The translations under genes were made by a program, and so were the position numbers. The notes under the pieces are model-generated. The model had not been told where the DNA came from and did not search any database. It saw only the letters and a list, made by a program, of their open reading frames with translations. Shown one piece after another: positions 17,632-27,191 of a stretch of DNA of 32,000 nucleotides. Source of the DNA: an uncultured archaeon (GTDB taxonomy: Archaea > Asgardarchaeota > Thorarchaeia > Thorarchaeales > Thorarchaeaceae); NCBI GenBank assembly GCA_964648855.1, contig CAZYLT010000001.1, positions 360,001 to 392,000 of the forward strand, read 5' to 3'. How positions within the stretch are numbered: the first letter of the stretch is position 1; each line of letters opens with the position of its first letter.

Positions 17632-19800
17632 CTAGGATAAGGATCGAAGTCGGTTTGCGAGATTCATGATTGCCTTCTTCTCAGGACTGACCAATGCAAT
17701 AGCTACACATGCATATGATGGAGTTGTTGCTGCAGATATTGAAGCACGAGCGTTCATTGACCCCATGAGGATATAGGAAAACGAATCGTCTTGGGGAGCC
17801 CTAATGATATCGAATCCCGCAGTTTTGAGTATAGACACTACACGCTCTAGCAAGGTCTTCGCATCAAGGTGTTTACTAACAATAGCAATGGAGTCTCTTT
17901 CACGAATATCTGAACTGAATAGAAAGTCGTGCGAAGGGGGTGCATACAGAACCTTTCTCATCATGGCCTTCCTGAGAACTGAGGGAGAGAGATTTTTGAA
18001 CGTACGAATTGACAATTTCAGCGAGCTCAAATCATAGCCAGGCAGTTCCTTTGTCAGATCGAATGGGCTATCCTCTAGTAGTGCCTTAGATTCTTCTTCA
18101 TGGACATGAGAAGGCTGTACATGAGGTGGCTCTTCATCTGTTATAGTGTACTCTTGTAGTCGCTCCTCAAAGAGCCTCTCCACATAATTCTTCATCCAAT
18201 CATCAAGAACTGCCCAATCCTCTTTGCTCAATTTCAGAGGCGGCCGAGGAATATCAGGCAACTCAGGTGCTTCAGCAGATTCTTCTTCAACAGCCATTTC
18301 ATCATCTACTTGGTCAGGGGCCAATGCCGCAGCTTGAAAGATTCCAGAGAGACGATCTGCGCCACCATGTTGTGACATTCTAGGACGCACCTGCATGATG
18401 AAGGCACGTTTATTCTCTGTGCTTTGATCAAATACCAAAGCAACACCTCTCGGTAGGCTGCTGATGAATAACTTGTCCTTGAACTGATTTGGCATAAATG
18501 CGGGAGCTCTCTGATGCAATGCTCGAATGTCATTGTCGTGGGATAGCGAATGAGAGAGCACGATATCAGCCTGAGAAATTGCTTCATCAGCTACGGCAGA
18601 GGGTTGTTGTGTACAGAGTATCAGACTACATCCGAATCGTCGACCAAGCTTGGCATATCCAACAATAGCATCCTTCGCAGGTGTATTTCCCGTCCGTGGA
18701 ACAAGGGTGTGAGCCTCGTCGATAATGAGCCAAGTGGGAGGCAGTTCTTCTCTGGCACTAGTACCTTCCTCAGTCCAAGCCATGCGATAGGTGAGAACCT
18801 GTCGAGAGAGCATGTTGGTAAGAATTGCAAGCACTGCTTCTGCATTAGCCCCGAGGGGAGCCACATCGATGATTGATATTTGCCCTCCAATAGCGAGGTC
18901 CTGAGCACTTGTCCCTCCAGTGTGAAATACACCGAGTCGATCCGCTCTACGGAGCCTTTGGATAAGTGCGGTCTTAGATGATGTTTGGTATAGCTCATCA
19001 ATTGCCGGATTGTTTTCTATGCAGTTGATCATGTCAGCTATACTGAAATCACGTTTCCGTTTCACTTGCTCGCCCGAGTCAAGAGTGTAACCTTTTCTCA
19101 TACTCTCCAAGACGTCCCCAATTAGATTAGTCATTGAGGTACTGAGCTGTCCCCCTCGTTCTAATACGTAGCCCCATTCACTCGCCGTAAGTTCCCTAGG
19201 ACTTATTGCAAGAGGCAGTAGTCGAGCTTTCTTTTTCACTTCATCAGGCAAAGACAAGTATGTCTTTCTAGGAATGTATACGGACACAGGGAAACTTCTT
19301 GCCTCTAGCCCCCACTTTTTCAGCAGCTGTTTTTGGTCAGCATTTTCTTCAACCATCTGTCGAAAGACATCGACCGTATCAACGATGACCCCCGCAACTT
19401 GTATCTCATTCCGTTCCATTGAGAGAGCCAATGCCTCTGCAAAAGTACCAAGGGTATAGCTCTTGCCAGAACCTCTTTTGCCAGCAACAAAGACCACGTG
19501 CGGGCTCATGAGGTCCATGAGCACAGGCACACCAAATAGAGAGGATGAATCATCATCTGCTACCTCTGAAACCGCCCCAATCAACCCCAAGCCCGAAGAG
19601 CCAAACTTTTCATGAAACTTCGCAGAACGTCCAAGAATGACTCCATTATCAAGGTCGAGATGGAGGTCTAAGTCATGACCGACCCTTGGTGTGAAATCTA
19701 CATCCGACGGTGAAAGAACTCGCTCTAATTCGAGCGGCTTTTTGTAATCTTCGCCGGCTTCAGCGTTGTCAGGCATATCGCTCGGATGTTCGCTATCCAT
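17632..19800 (-). CDS. HerA/FtsK-superfamily ATPase (DUF87) with C-terminal extension
   Basis: Walker A GKRGSGKS, Walker B WLIIDEAH, arginine finger GRRFG, TQQPS, VRPRMSQHGG. ATG at 19800. Confidence 0.88.
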   Translation of the reverse strand: MDSEHPSDMPDNAEAGEDYKKPLELERVLSPSDVDFTPRVGHDLDLHLDLDNGVILGRSAKFHEKFGSSGLGLIGAVSEVADDDSSSLFGVPVLMDLMSPHVVFVAGKRGSGKSYTLGTFAEALALSMERNEIQVAGVIVDTVDVFRQMVEENADQKQLLKKWGLEARSFPVSVYIPRKTYLSLPDEVKKKARLLPLAISPRELTASEWGYVLERGGQLSTSMTNLIGDVLESMRKGYTLDSGEQVKRKRDFSIADMINCIENNPAIDELYQTSSKTALIQRLRRADRLGVFHTGGTSAQDLAIGGQISIIDVAPLGANAEAVLAILTNMLSRQVLTYRMAWTEEGTSAREELPPTWLIIDEAHTLVPRTGNTPAKDAIVGYAKLGRRFGCSLILCTQQPSAVADEAISQADIVLSHSLSHDNDIRALHQRAPAFMPNQFKDKLFISSLPRGVALVFDQSTENKRAFIMQVRPRMSQHGGADRLSGIFQAAALAPDQVDDEMAVEEESAEAPELPDIPRPPLKLSKEDWAVLDDWMKNYVERLFEERLQEYTITDEEPPHVQPSHVHEEESKALLEDSPFDLTKELPGYDLSSLKLSIRTFKNLSPSVLRKAMMRKVLYAPPSHDFLFSSDIRERDSIAIVSKHLDAKTLLERVVSILKTAGFDIIRAPQDDSFSYILMGSMNARASISAATTPSYACVAIALVSPEKKAIMNLANRLRSLS

Positions 19801-19923
19801 TGTACTCCCTCTATGGCTCGTTTTTTCGTAGCCGAATAAAGGTTTGTAGTGGCAGGCTATAATCTGAATCATATCATCGTACCGTTAGCAAGACTCAAAA
19901 CATCCTTTCCCGAATCATCACGT

Positions 19924-20703
19924 ATGCCAACCACAATTGAAGACGGCGACAATGTGTTCATTTTCTTGGATGTAAAAAGAAACTGGATACGAAAGGTGAA
20001 AGCAGGCAGTAAATTTCATTCGAATAAGGGCATAATCGAATACGATGATCTCATCGGGCGTCCATATGGCATCAAGGTGGAGAGTCATTCTGGAACAATG
20101 TTTCAGATTCACAAACCAAGCCAGAATGATATTCAGATTTCCATGGGGAGAGCAACTCAAATCATCTATCCAAAGGATGCAGCAACGATTGTGAACGAGG
20201 CAGGTATTTGCGCCGGCTCTCGGGTTGTTGAAGCAGGAACAGGATCAGGCTCTCTGACCTGGGTACTCTCAAGAATTGTAGGATCAGAGGGGCAAGTGTA
20301 CACGTACGAAGTCAGGGAGGATATGTACAACCAGGCACAGAAGAACCTGAAGCGGTTTGCTGACATGGACTGCATCACGATGTACAACAAAGATGTTCTA
20401 GACGGAATTGAGGAACAAGACGTCGATGCTGTCGTGTTTGATTTAGCGACGCCTTGGTTGGCAGTGAAAGAGGCTCATGCCGCCCTCAAACCCAGTCGAT
20501 TTGTTGTGAGCTACAGCCCAACCATTGAACAAGTCATGAAAACCTGCAAGGAATTAGGAGCAGAGGGAAAGTGGGGAATGGTCAAAACACTAGAGATTCT
20601 TGAGCGCGAAATAATGGTTAGAGAGGGAAAGACACGACCTCCTACTTGGATGGTTGGACATACTGGGTATATCTCCTTTGCACGAAAGCTAGTTGCGTGT
20701 TAG
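19924..20703 (+). CDS. trmI: tRNA (adenine-N1, 57/58) methyltransferase
   Basis: TQIIYPKDA, EAGTGSGSL, YEVRED, DLATPW, YSPTIEQV, GHTGY. ATG at 19924. Confidence 0.93.
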   Translation: MPTTIEDGDNVFIFLDVKRNWIRKVKAGSKFHSNKGIIEYDDLIGRPYGIKVESHSGTMFQIHKPSQNDIQISMGRATQIIYPKDAATIVNEAGICAGSRVVEAGTGSGSLTWVLSRIVGSEGQVYTYEVREDMYNQAQKNLKRFADMDCITMYNKDVLDGIEEQDVDAVVFDLATPWLAVKEAHAALKPSRFVVSYSPTIEQVMKTCKELGAEGKWGMVKTLEILEREIMVREGKTRPPTWMVGHTGYISFARKLVAC

Positions 20704-21150
20704 GATTGTAGCATTATGCAGATCTCATTAATATCCCCAATGAGTGACACTATCAGAGAGTTCGATTTAGACCCCCATTTCTTCGTCTAGATTGACCTTT
20801 TCTGACCGATTGAGTGAACTCAACGTGTCTGAACCTCCTCTTTCATGAGGTTTGTCGCAACACGCTAAACTATCACAGAGGGGTTCGAAAAACGGAGAAG
20901 TTGGTAGAGTTCCACCTGAAGAGGAGACTCGGAGAGATGCATCACAAGGAAAACATTTTGGAAATAATAGGGAACATACTCATCCTGAAACTCGATGAGT
21001 TTTGGCAATACCCCCGCTAATGATGACCCCTTGATTGTCGTGATACCGAAGAGTATCCTAGTAGTACGACGACATGTAGATAAGCAAACCATTAAGAGGT
21101 TATTTCCTGTTGCAACAAGATTATTAGTCAGGCGGCAATGAAGCGGAGGA

Positions 21151-22941
21151 ATGGTTCCGATGATTTCAATATCACCTGAACTGGCAATCGTTTTCATGAT
21201 CCTAGCCGTGACAATCGGAATGTTCATCAAAGGTGACTGGCGGTATGACATCACCGCTCTATTTGCCTTGTTGGCTGTTGCAATCACGGGAATAGTTCCA
21301 CTCAATGAGATTTTCTTGGGTTTCGGTCACCCTGCAGTGATAACGGTTGCAGCTGTGTTAGTTATGAGCCGCGGCCTCATTAACTCAGGATTTGTCGATT
21401 TGATTGCGAAATGGACGTCCCGCGTTGGCGATGGCACAATAGTGCAAATTCTGACACTGTCCGGGCTGGTGATTGTGCTTTCGGCATTCATGAACAATGT
21501 GGGTGCCCTAGCACTTTTGATGCCCGTAGCGATTCGTATGGCTAAACGAACCGGCAAGTCCCCTTCGCTTCTTCTCATGCCCCTTGCCTTTGGATCCATG
21601 CTTGGAGGTCTGATAACATTGATTGGCACTCCTCCAAACATTATAATATCAACCTTCAGGGCTCGGAACGGCTCTGCACCATTTCTTATGTTTGACTTCG
21701 CGCCAGTCGGATTGGGAGTGGCAATAGCTGGAGCTCTGTTCCTCTCTCTGGTGGGTTGGCGGTTGGTTCCTTATCGTGAGGGAAAGGCAGATGATTCTGT
21801 TTTCAAAGTTGAAGATTACATCGCTGAAGTCTTTGTACCTGAGGGCTCCAAGATGGATGGAAAACGAATATACCACGTTGAATCCTCAGCGGAGGCTGAT
21901 GTGTCAGTAATAGCTCTTGTCCGAAAGGGTGAACGAATTAGCGCCCCTTCTAGATTGAGGGGATTGAAAGCGGATGATAGCCTGATTGTCAGAGGTGAGC
22001 CTGCGGACCTGAAGCTTCTAATTGATGCCACTGGGCTTCAAGCGGTTGAACCCAAAAAGGACGACGAGAGTCTTCTGGAGTCAGACGAACTAGATGTTGT
22101 GGAAGCCGTTGTAACAACAAATTCGTCTCTAGACGGTAGAACTGCACGAGGACTTCACTTACGCAGTCGCTTCGGGGTAATCCTCCTTGCTGTTTCACGT
22201 CAGGGTCGGCGTCTGAGAGCTCGAATCGGCGACATCCGATTGCGTACGGGCGACGTATTGCTACTGCAGGGACCCAAAGAGGAATTGCCCGAAACGCTAA
22301 CTGAGATCGGTTGCCTGCCGCTAGCTGAGCGCGACATAAGACTTGGAAAAAAGTCTAAGGTTATTCCGGCGGTTGTGATTTTTGGAATCGGACTCGCACT
22401 CTCCGCCTTGGGTGTTTTGCCGGTCCAAGTTTCTTTTGTGCTTGCTGCTGTAGCCATGGTTGCTGTTGGGCTCGTGTCGCCGGATGAGGCCTACAAGAGT
22501 ATCGATTGGTCTGTAATCGTTCTGCTGGGAGCCATGATCGGTGTTGGAAAAGCACTAGAATTTAGCGGTGGTGCTGAGCTGATAGCAAGTGCATTAGTTG
22601 GAATGGGAAGCACGTTCCCGCCCATTGCGTTTCTTGCAATGATATTGGTCGTTACGATGCTTCTATCGGCAGCAATCGACAACATATCCGCAGCAGTTCT
22701 CATAGCTCCCATAGCGATGAACATGGCAGTCGCACTGGGCACGTCATTGGATCCGTTCCTGATGGCCGTTGCTGTTGGCGCGTCAACTCCCTTTCTTACC
22801 CCTATAGGCCACCAGTCCAGTACCTTGGTAATGGGACCTGGAGGGTATAGGTTTGCAGACTATGCACGTGCCGGTCTACCATTACAGATCCTTGTAATCC
22901 TCTTGGCAATCCCCTTGATTGCATTCTTTTGGCATTTCTAG
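21151..22941 (+). CDS. SLC13/DASS family permease with two TrkA-C domains
   Basis: GFGHPAVITVAA, SAFMNNVG, TLIGTPPNII, central RCK-C repeats, FLTPIGHQ, GPGGYRFADY. Confidence 0.92.
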   Translation: MVPMISISPELAIVFMILAVTIGMFIKGDWRYDITALFALLAVAITGIVPLNEIFLGFGHPAVITVAAVLVMSRGLINSGFVDLIAKWTSRVGDGTIVQILTLSGLVIVLSAFMNNVGALALLMPVAIRMAKRTGKSPSLLLMPLAFGSMLGGLITLIGTPPNIIISTFRARNGSAPFLMFDFAPVGLGVAIAGALFLSLVGWRLVPYREGKADDSVFKVEDYIAEVFVPEGSKMDGKRIYHVESSAEADVSVIALVRKGERISAPSRLRGLKADDSLIVRGEPADLKLLIDATGLQAVEPKKDDESLLESDELDVVEAVVTTNSSLDGRTARGLHLRSRFGVILLAVSRQGRRLRARIGDIRLRTGDVLLLQGPKEELPETLTEIGCLPLAERDIRLGKKSKVIPAVVIFGIGLALSALGVLPVQVSFVLAAVAMVAVGLVSPDEAYKSIDWSVIVLLGAMIGVGKALEFSGGAELIASALVGMGSTFPPIAFLAMILVVTMLLSAAIDNISAAVLIAPIAMNMAVALGTSLDPFLMAVAVGASTPFLTPIGHQSSTLVMGPGGYRFADYARAGLPLQILVILLAIPLIAFFWHF

Positions 22942-23039
22942 GTCGATACACTTTTCCCCCTCATCACTACTAGCAGCAAGATTATCGAATCTGGAATTTT
23001 TATTGCCCAAATGAGTTCTGACGTGAAAGGAATTCACAA

Positions 23040-23300
23040 GAGGTTCAGAAGAGCTAACAGCTAGAACCAAAACGAGTATGATTCCAAGTCCTTTGAAATC
23101 TGAGATAGGGTGCACCCATGACATTTGATGGTGTAATAATCTGAAATGATCTTGGCACTACCCATTTGGAAAATTGCAGCATGAGCATTCGGTGCACAGT
23201 TTTTTGATATGAGATACGGTAAGCCAGTGCTTCTGAAGGGAATCGAGGATACAATATTCAGCATTGAAGACATATATGCGGCAAGCAATCTAATAGAGAG
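23040..23300 (-). pseudogene. Possible degraded membrane-transporter (MFS-like) remnant
   Basis: Fragments in different frames (AAIFQMGSAKIISDYY; MSWVHPISDFKGLGIILVLVLAV) read like consecutive MFS helices 4-5; weak evidence. Confidence 0.25.
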
Positions 23301-23420
23301 AGCCCGCTTGCTATTTAGACTGCCCCCATGACGCAATGGAAATCTCTTCTGATAAGGAAGTACGATAAGCTATTTCTTGGAACAGCCTTGCAAACGTTTA
23401 TAACAGTCCGCGAGTCCCCA

Positions 23421-23460
23421 ATGCTGTCGATTGTTGTCTATTATTGTCGATTGTTGTCGG
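23421..23460 (+). repeat. Four tandem imperfect 10-bp direct repeats
   Basis: ATGCTGTCGA TTGTTGTCTA TTATTGTCGA TTGTTGTCGG, between TTTATAA (23397-23403) and ATG 23471. Confidence 0.8.
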
Positions 23461-23470
23461 TGAACTCGGG

Positions 23471-23845
23471 ATGACGTATAGCCATAAGCGCAAGAAATGC
23501 GCCAAAGAAACTAAGGAAATTCTTGAAAATGTAATCAGAGGCCATAAGGCAAAGTACGCCTTTATCAATGAGGGACAAACTGTAGTTGTTTCAAATCCCA
23601 TAGAGAGGGTAGCGAAAGACGCAGGGAAAATCAACGTACTAGAAACAAAACCTGAACATGGTTTGGAGAAAGAAGTGGAGATTGAGGACAAATCAAAATC
23701 AGAACCCTCTGAAACGGAAGGCATGGAAAACTATCAGCCTAATCGAGAAGTTGGAGACCCCAGATCGGAGATTAAGAAGGTCGTACAACGGGATCGGAAA
23801 AGACGAAACTATGTCAACCTTAGGGATGAATACGAGAGTAAGTAG
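23471..23845 (+). CDS. Hypothetical charged protein
   Basis: ATG 23471; basic ends with an acidic, probably disordered middle; tightly coupled to the next gene. Confidence 0.65.
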   Translation: MTYSHKRKKCAKETKEILENVIRGHKAKYAFINEGQTVVVSNPIERVAKDAGKINVLETKPEHGLEKEVEIEDKSKSEPSETEGMENYQPNREVGDPRSEIKKVVQRDRKRRNYVNLRDEYESK

Positions 23846-23854
23846 GTGAGATTG

Positions 23855-24235
23855 ATGGCAAAACCATCAGAAGTGGACGTTCTAAAAGACGAGATAAGAG
23901 AACTGAAAGAAACCGTCAGCACTCTGACCAAGACAGTCAATGAATTGTCTTCAAAGATACGAGTTCCAGAAAAGAGAGATGCAAAGTCAGTTGCACCTGG
24001 GCACTATAGGATTTTCAACGAGGGCGAAAGCGTCATTATGGAAGATGCCAGTTGGAATCGACTGTTGACTCTATTGGAGAATGCACAGAAGGGACTAACC
24101 ACTTCTGAATTGGCCAGGAAGTGGGGTAAGTCCAGGTCTAGGACAAGTGAAGTACTGAACCAGCTTGCTGATGATGGACATCTAGTAAAGTACCGCGACG
24201 GAAGACGAATGAAATTTAGATCGCTAGATGAATGA
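23855..24235 (+). CDS. Coiled-coil + winged-HTH DNA-binding protein
   Basis: Heptads LKDEIRELKETVSTLTKTVNEL; wHTH GLTTSELARKWGKSRSRTSEVLNQLADDGHLVKYRDGRRMKF; SD-like AGGTGAG upstream. Confidence 0.82.
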   Translation: MAKPSEVDVLKDEIRELKETVSTLTKTVNELSSKIRVPEKRDAKSVAPGHYRIFNEGESVIMEDASWNRLLTLLENAQKGLTTSELARKWGKSRSRTSEVLNQLADDGHLVKYRDGRRMKFRSLDE

Positions 24236-24363
24236 TTACTGCTTTTACTGGTGTGATTATCTCACTCTTCTCTATCTTGATGTGTTTTGAGTATAGTCAG
24301 GACTATTCTTAAGTAGAATACAGACAAATGTAGCTTCAGTTAATAGGAACTGAGGTTGTCCCA

Positions 24364-26682
24364 TTGAGCAATACGATTTCAAAAGGGAAGTCAAATACGG
24401 ATTCAAAGGAAATCGAGGTCTATACCAAGCACCTCTTTGAATTGAATAAGACATCCCAAGAAGCCGTCTTTGATTTTGCACTCCACGATATTGATGACAA
24501 AGAAGGACTCGAAAAGAAACGGATTGCAATGCATGATGCATTTACTGAACTCTACAATGCCACTGCATCCCTCGGTGAAATAATAATGGGTCAGGACTTT
24601 GACATTGCGTACTTGAGAAATAGACTGCTGCAAGCCGAAGGGGAAGCTCGAGAACAGCTTGAAGAGGCCATGAAACAGCTTCAGGAACAAGTCCAAGAGA
24701 GTCTTTCCGAGATTTGGATGGCTAAAGTCATGGCTTGGTTGCATCAAGCCGCTGCTGCAAGTGGACCATTCGTAGAGAAAGAACATGCCGACAAGGTAGA
24801 GAACGCATCTGCAGTTCTTGCTTCGGTCTATACTATGCTCGAAAGACCATTTGTCGCAGTTCCTTCAAAGGTTGATGGAACCCAGAAACTGAGAAGGGTG
24901 GCGCTAGGATACAAGGCCTATAGCCTCCTGGAAGAGTCTGCAAAGAAGAACGAAGATGAGTTGGCAAGTGTCCTGGGAAAGAATAAGGCAGCAGAGGCAG
25001 AATTCTATGACGAGTTTCTCAATGAACTAATACAAGAAGAGAGCACATTCCGGCAGGCATTCAATCCATTTGATGAAATCATATGGAGAGATATCCTCAG
25101 CTCATTCATTTTCGAGCAGGCAACGGACCTCTACAATGAAGCATTGGCAGATTTGAAAAAGGCAAGAAAAGACAACGAATCCATCATCTCAAGGATAACA
25201 TCTTGGAAACATAATACAGCGGGACTTAGCGAAGTCTATCTCGCCATGACCTATGACGACATTGCTGATACTCAGCTGAGAGATGGTAACTTGGAGGATG
25301 CTGCAAAGCTCTATCAATCATCATCTGATGCTTTTGCACGAGCTGAGAGTGTTTTCAACGAAGTCATAGCTCTGAGAAGAAATGCAGAACAATCCGGAAA
25401 GGACAAAGAACACAGGAAAGCCCAATCCCTCTTTTGTAAAGCCGAAACCTCTCTCAAAGTATTATCTGACCTTCTTGAAGTTGAGAACGTGGATGGAGCA
25501 CAAGAAGTGCTGGGAGATATCGATAAGAATCTGAAAAAGGCAGAGAAGCTGGCTGGAACCAGAGAACTCATCTCAGCGATTAAGGAAGACCTCAGAATTG
25601 TCTCGTATGTTGGGGGTCTCATGAAGAAGGAGGAGAGAAGGGCAAGAAGTATTGCTGAACAGATAGACTTCGCAAAGGACCTTAGAAAGACTGGGCTAAT
25701 ACAAGACGTCAATAAATCCCTTGATGATGCAAGTAACCAGCTGGGGAAAGAACCATCTGATGCTCTCGACTCAATTCGTGAAGCACTGAACAGTCTCGGT
25801 ATTCTCCTAAATCTTGACTCAGAAGATGAAGAGGTTACATTACTCAGAAATCGAACTCTGGCGTTACTCAACAATGCGAAATATGTAATCCAGTTCCAAT
25901 TGAGCTCACAACTCCAACATGGTGTGAAATTCATTATGTCTCGGATTTTGGAGAACCTTCATGCAGCTGATGCAGCAAAGTACTACAAGATACTAGGAAA
26001 TGACGAGACCGCCAAAGAACTAACTGATTTGGGTAAGCTCGCTGTTGCAACAGCTTATGCCTCGGAGGCGCAAGTATTTGCACGGCAATCCGAGCAATGG
26101 GCATTTCGGTCACAGATTGAGAGAGGAAATATGATTCAGAATATCGATGACGCTCTACTGGAATTGGATGATAGCAATGTAATTGAGAAGGGAGTCGATG
26201 TTCATAATGAGGCAATTCTAAGAATAAGGCATGCCATTGCTTCATTCGATGCAGCCTCAGAAGCACTAGACAGCGTACAAGGAAAAGTAATCCGCAAGAA
26301 GAATAGCGTGGATGCCCAAGTGAAGCAATTGAAAGCAGTTGTGATGAAGTTTCAAGGCGATCTATCTCGACTACAAGGTGCTAGGAGCGATTTCATTGCT
26401 GAGTTTATGTCCAGGCAGGGTGAGAATACCAAGGCGCAAAGACATTATGATGATGCTAAGGACATGCTCAGAGAAGCGGTTGGCAATTATACCGTAGCAG
26501 CACAAGTGTTTCAAGAAGTAGGAGATGCACAGTCGGCGCAGAGTGTTGATAGACGGGCAAAAACAGCAGATTTGCTAGCACGAGGTATGTGGGACAATAG
26601 ACAACGTCTGAGTCGCGACCAAGACCCCCAGTACAAGAGCGATCAAGAGCTTGCAGCGCTCTACCTTGGTGGAACTGGCTAA
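24364..26682 (+). CDS. Large all-alpha-helical (TPR/solenoid-like) hypothetical protein
   Basis: 772 aa, A/E/L/K-rich, few prolines, recurring helical-hairpin patterns (AAKLYQSSSDAF; AVGNYTVAAQVF); SD-like GAGGT before TTG. Confidence 0.8.
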   Translation: MSNTISKGKSNTDSKEIEVYTKHLFELNKTSQEAVFDFALHDIDDKEGLEKKRIAMHDAFTELYNATASLGEIIMGQDFDIAYLRNRLLQAEGEAREQLEEAMKQLQEQVQESLSEIWMAKVMAWLHQAAAASGPFVEKEHADKVENASAVLASVYTMLERPFVAVPSKVDGTQKLRRVALGYKAYSLLEESAKKNEDELASVLGKNKAAEAEFYDEFLNELIQEESTFRQAFNPFDEIIWRDILSSFIFEQATDLYNEALADLKKARKDNESIISRITSWKHNTAGLSEVYLAMTYDDIADTQLRDGNLEDAAKLYQSSSDAFARAESVFNEVIALRRNAEQSGKDKEHRKAQSLFCKAETSLKVLSDLLEVENVDGAQEVLGDIDKNLKKAEKLAGTRELISAIKEDLRIVSYVGGLMKKEERRARSIAEQIDFAKDLRKTGLIQDVNKSLDDASNQLGKEPSDALDSIREALNSLGILLNLDSEDEEVTLLRNRTLALLNNAKYVIQFQLSSQLQHGVKFIMSRILENLHAADAAKYYKILGNDETAKELTDLGKLAVATAYASEAQVFARQSEQWAFRSQIERGNMIQNIDDALLELDDSNVIEKGVDVHNEAILRIRHAIASFDAASEALDSVQGKVIRKKNSVDAQVKQLKAVVMKFQGDLSRLQGARSDFIAEFMSRQGENTKAQRHYDDAKDMLREAVGNYTVAAQVFQEVGDAQSAQSVDRRAKTADLLARGMWDNRQRLSRDQDPQYKSDQELAALYLGGTG

Positions 26683-26765
26683 CCAACAAATTAGATGTCA
26701 GGTCAATTCGTTGGATTCGATGGTAGACTCACATCCAGTTTGGGGGAAGCATATAGACAAAATCA

Positions 26766-27080
26766 CTAACTTTTCCTGGTAGGCCCTTTGACAAATACAT
26801 AATTGTTTCTGCAAGAATGTTGAGAGAGAAGAATTGCAAGGATTTCTGGTGTGGGAGCCCTCTGACCAGATATTTCGATCACAGTACCATAGTACGTTTG
26901 CTTGAGTGTCTTCATGGAATCATCATATGAATTGGATTGCATGATAGATTCATAGTCTTTGACGATTAGGACACGGGATAGACTGCCCCAGATTCGGGTA
27001 TTGATGTTCCCATACTCTGCCGCACCGTCGTAGATGTTCAATCGGTTCCAGCCTCTGACTATGATGACCTGCGGCTGCAT
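26766..27080 (-). CDS. Hypothetical protein (104 aa)
   Basis: ATG ORF that fills the gap between genes without overlap; no motif recognised. Confidence 0.5.
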   Translation of the reverse strand: MQPQVIIVRGWNRLNIYDGAAEYGNINTRIWGSLSRVLIVKDYESIMQSNSYDDSMKTLKQTYYGTVIEISGQRAPTPEILAILLSQHSCRNNYVFVKGPTRKS

Positions 27081-27191
27081 TAGTTGTCAGTTGATATACT
27101 CTTCATGACTTGACGGTCTAATAGATAGAGGATAAGAGAATTATCAACATTCAAATAGTAGGGGATAACATTGTTTTCTAGGTTTGGTGAG

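Noticed and set aside
15248-19800. Ced-like DNA import system (multi-TM + small 2-TM + HerA-like ATPase)
   Set aside because: Genes alternate in orientation, NUDIX intervenes, the ATPase lacks a TM anchor, and no CedA similarity was recognisable.
20750-20900. GTTCGA T-loop-like words suggesting tRNA
   Set aside because: No acceptor, D or anticodon stems could be folded.
23421-23460. Possible CRISPR array
   Set aside because: 10-bp units with no spacers and no cas genes.
25314-26266. 206-aa and 110-aa minus-strand ORFs
   Set aside because: Ser-rich antisense shadows of the 772-aa gene.
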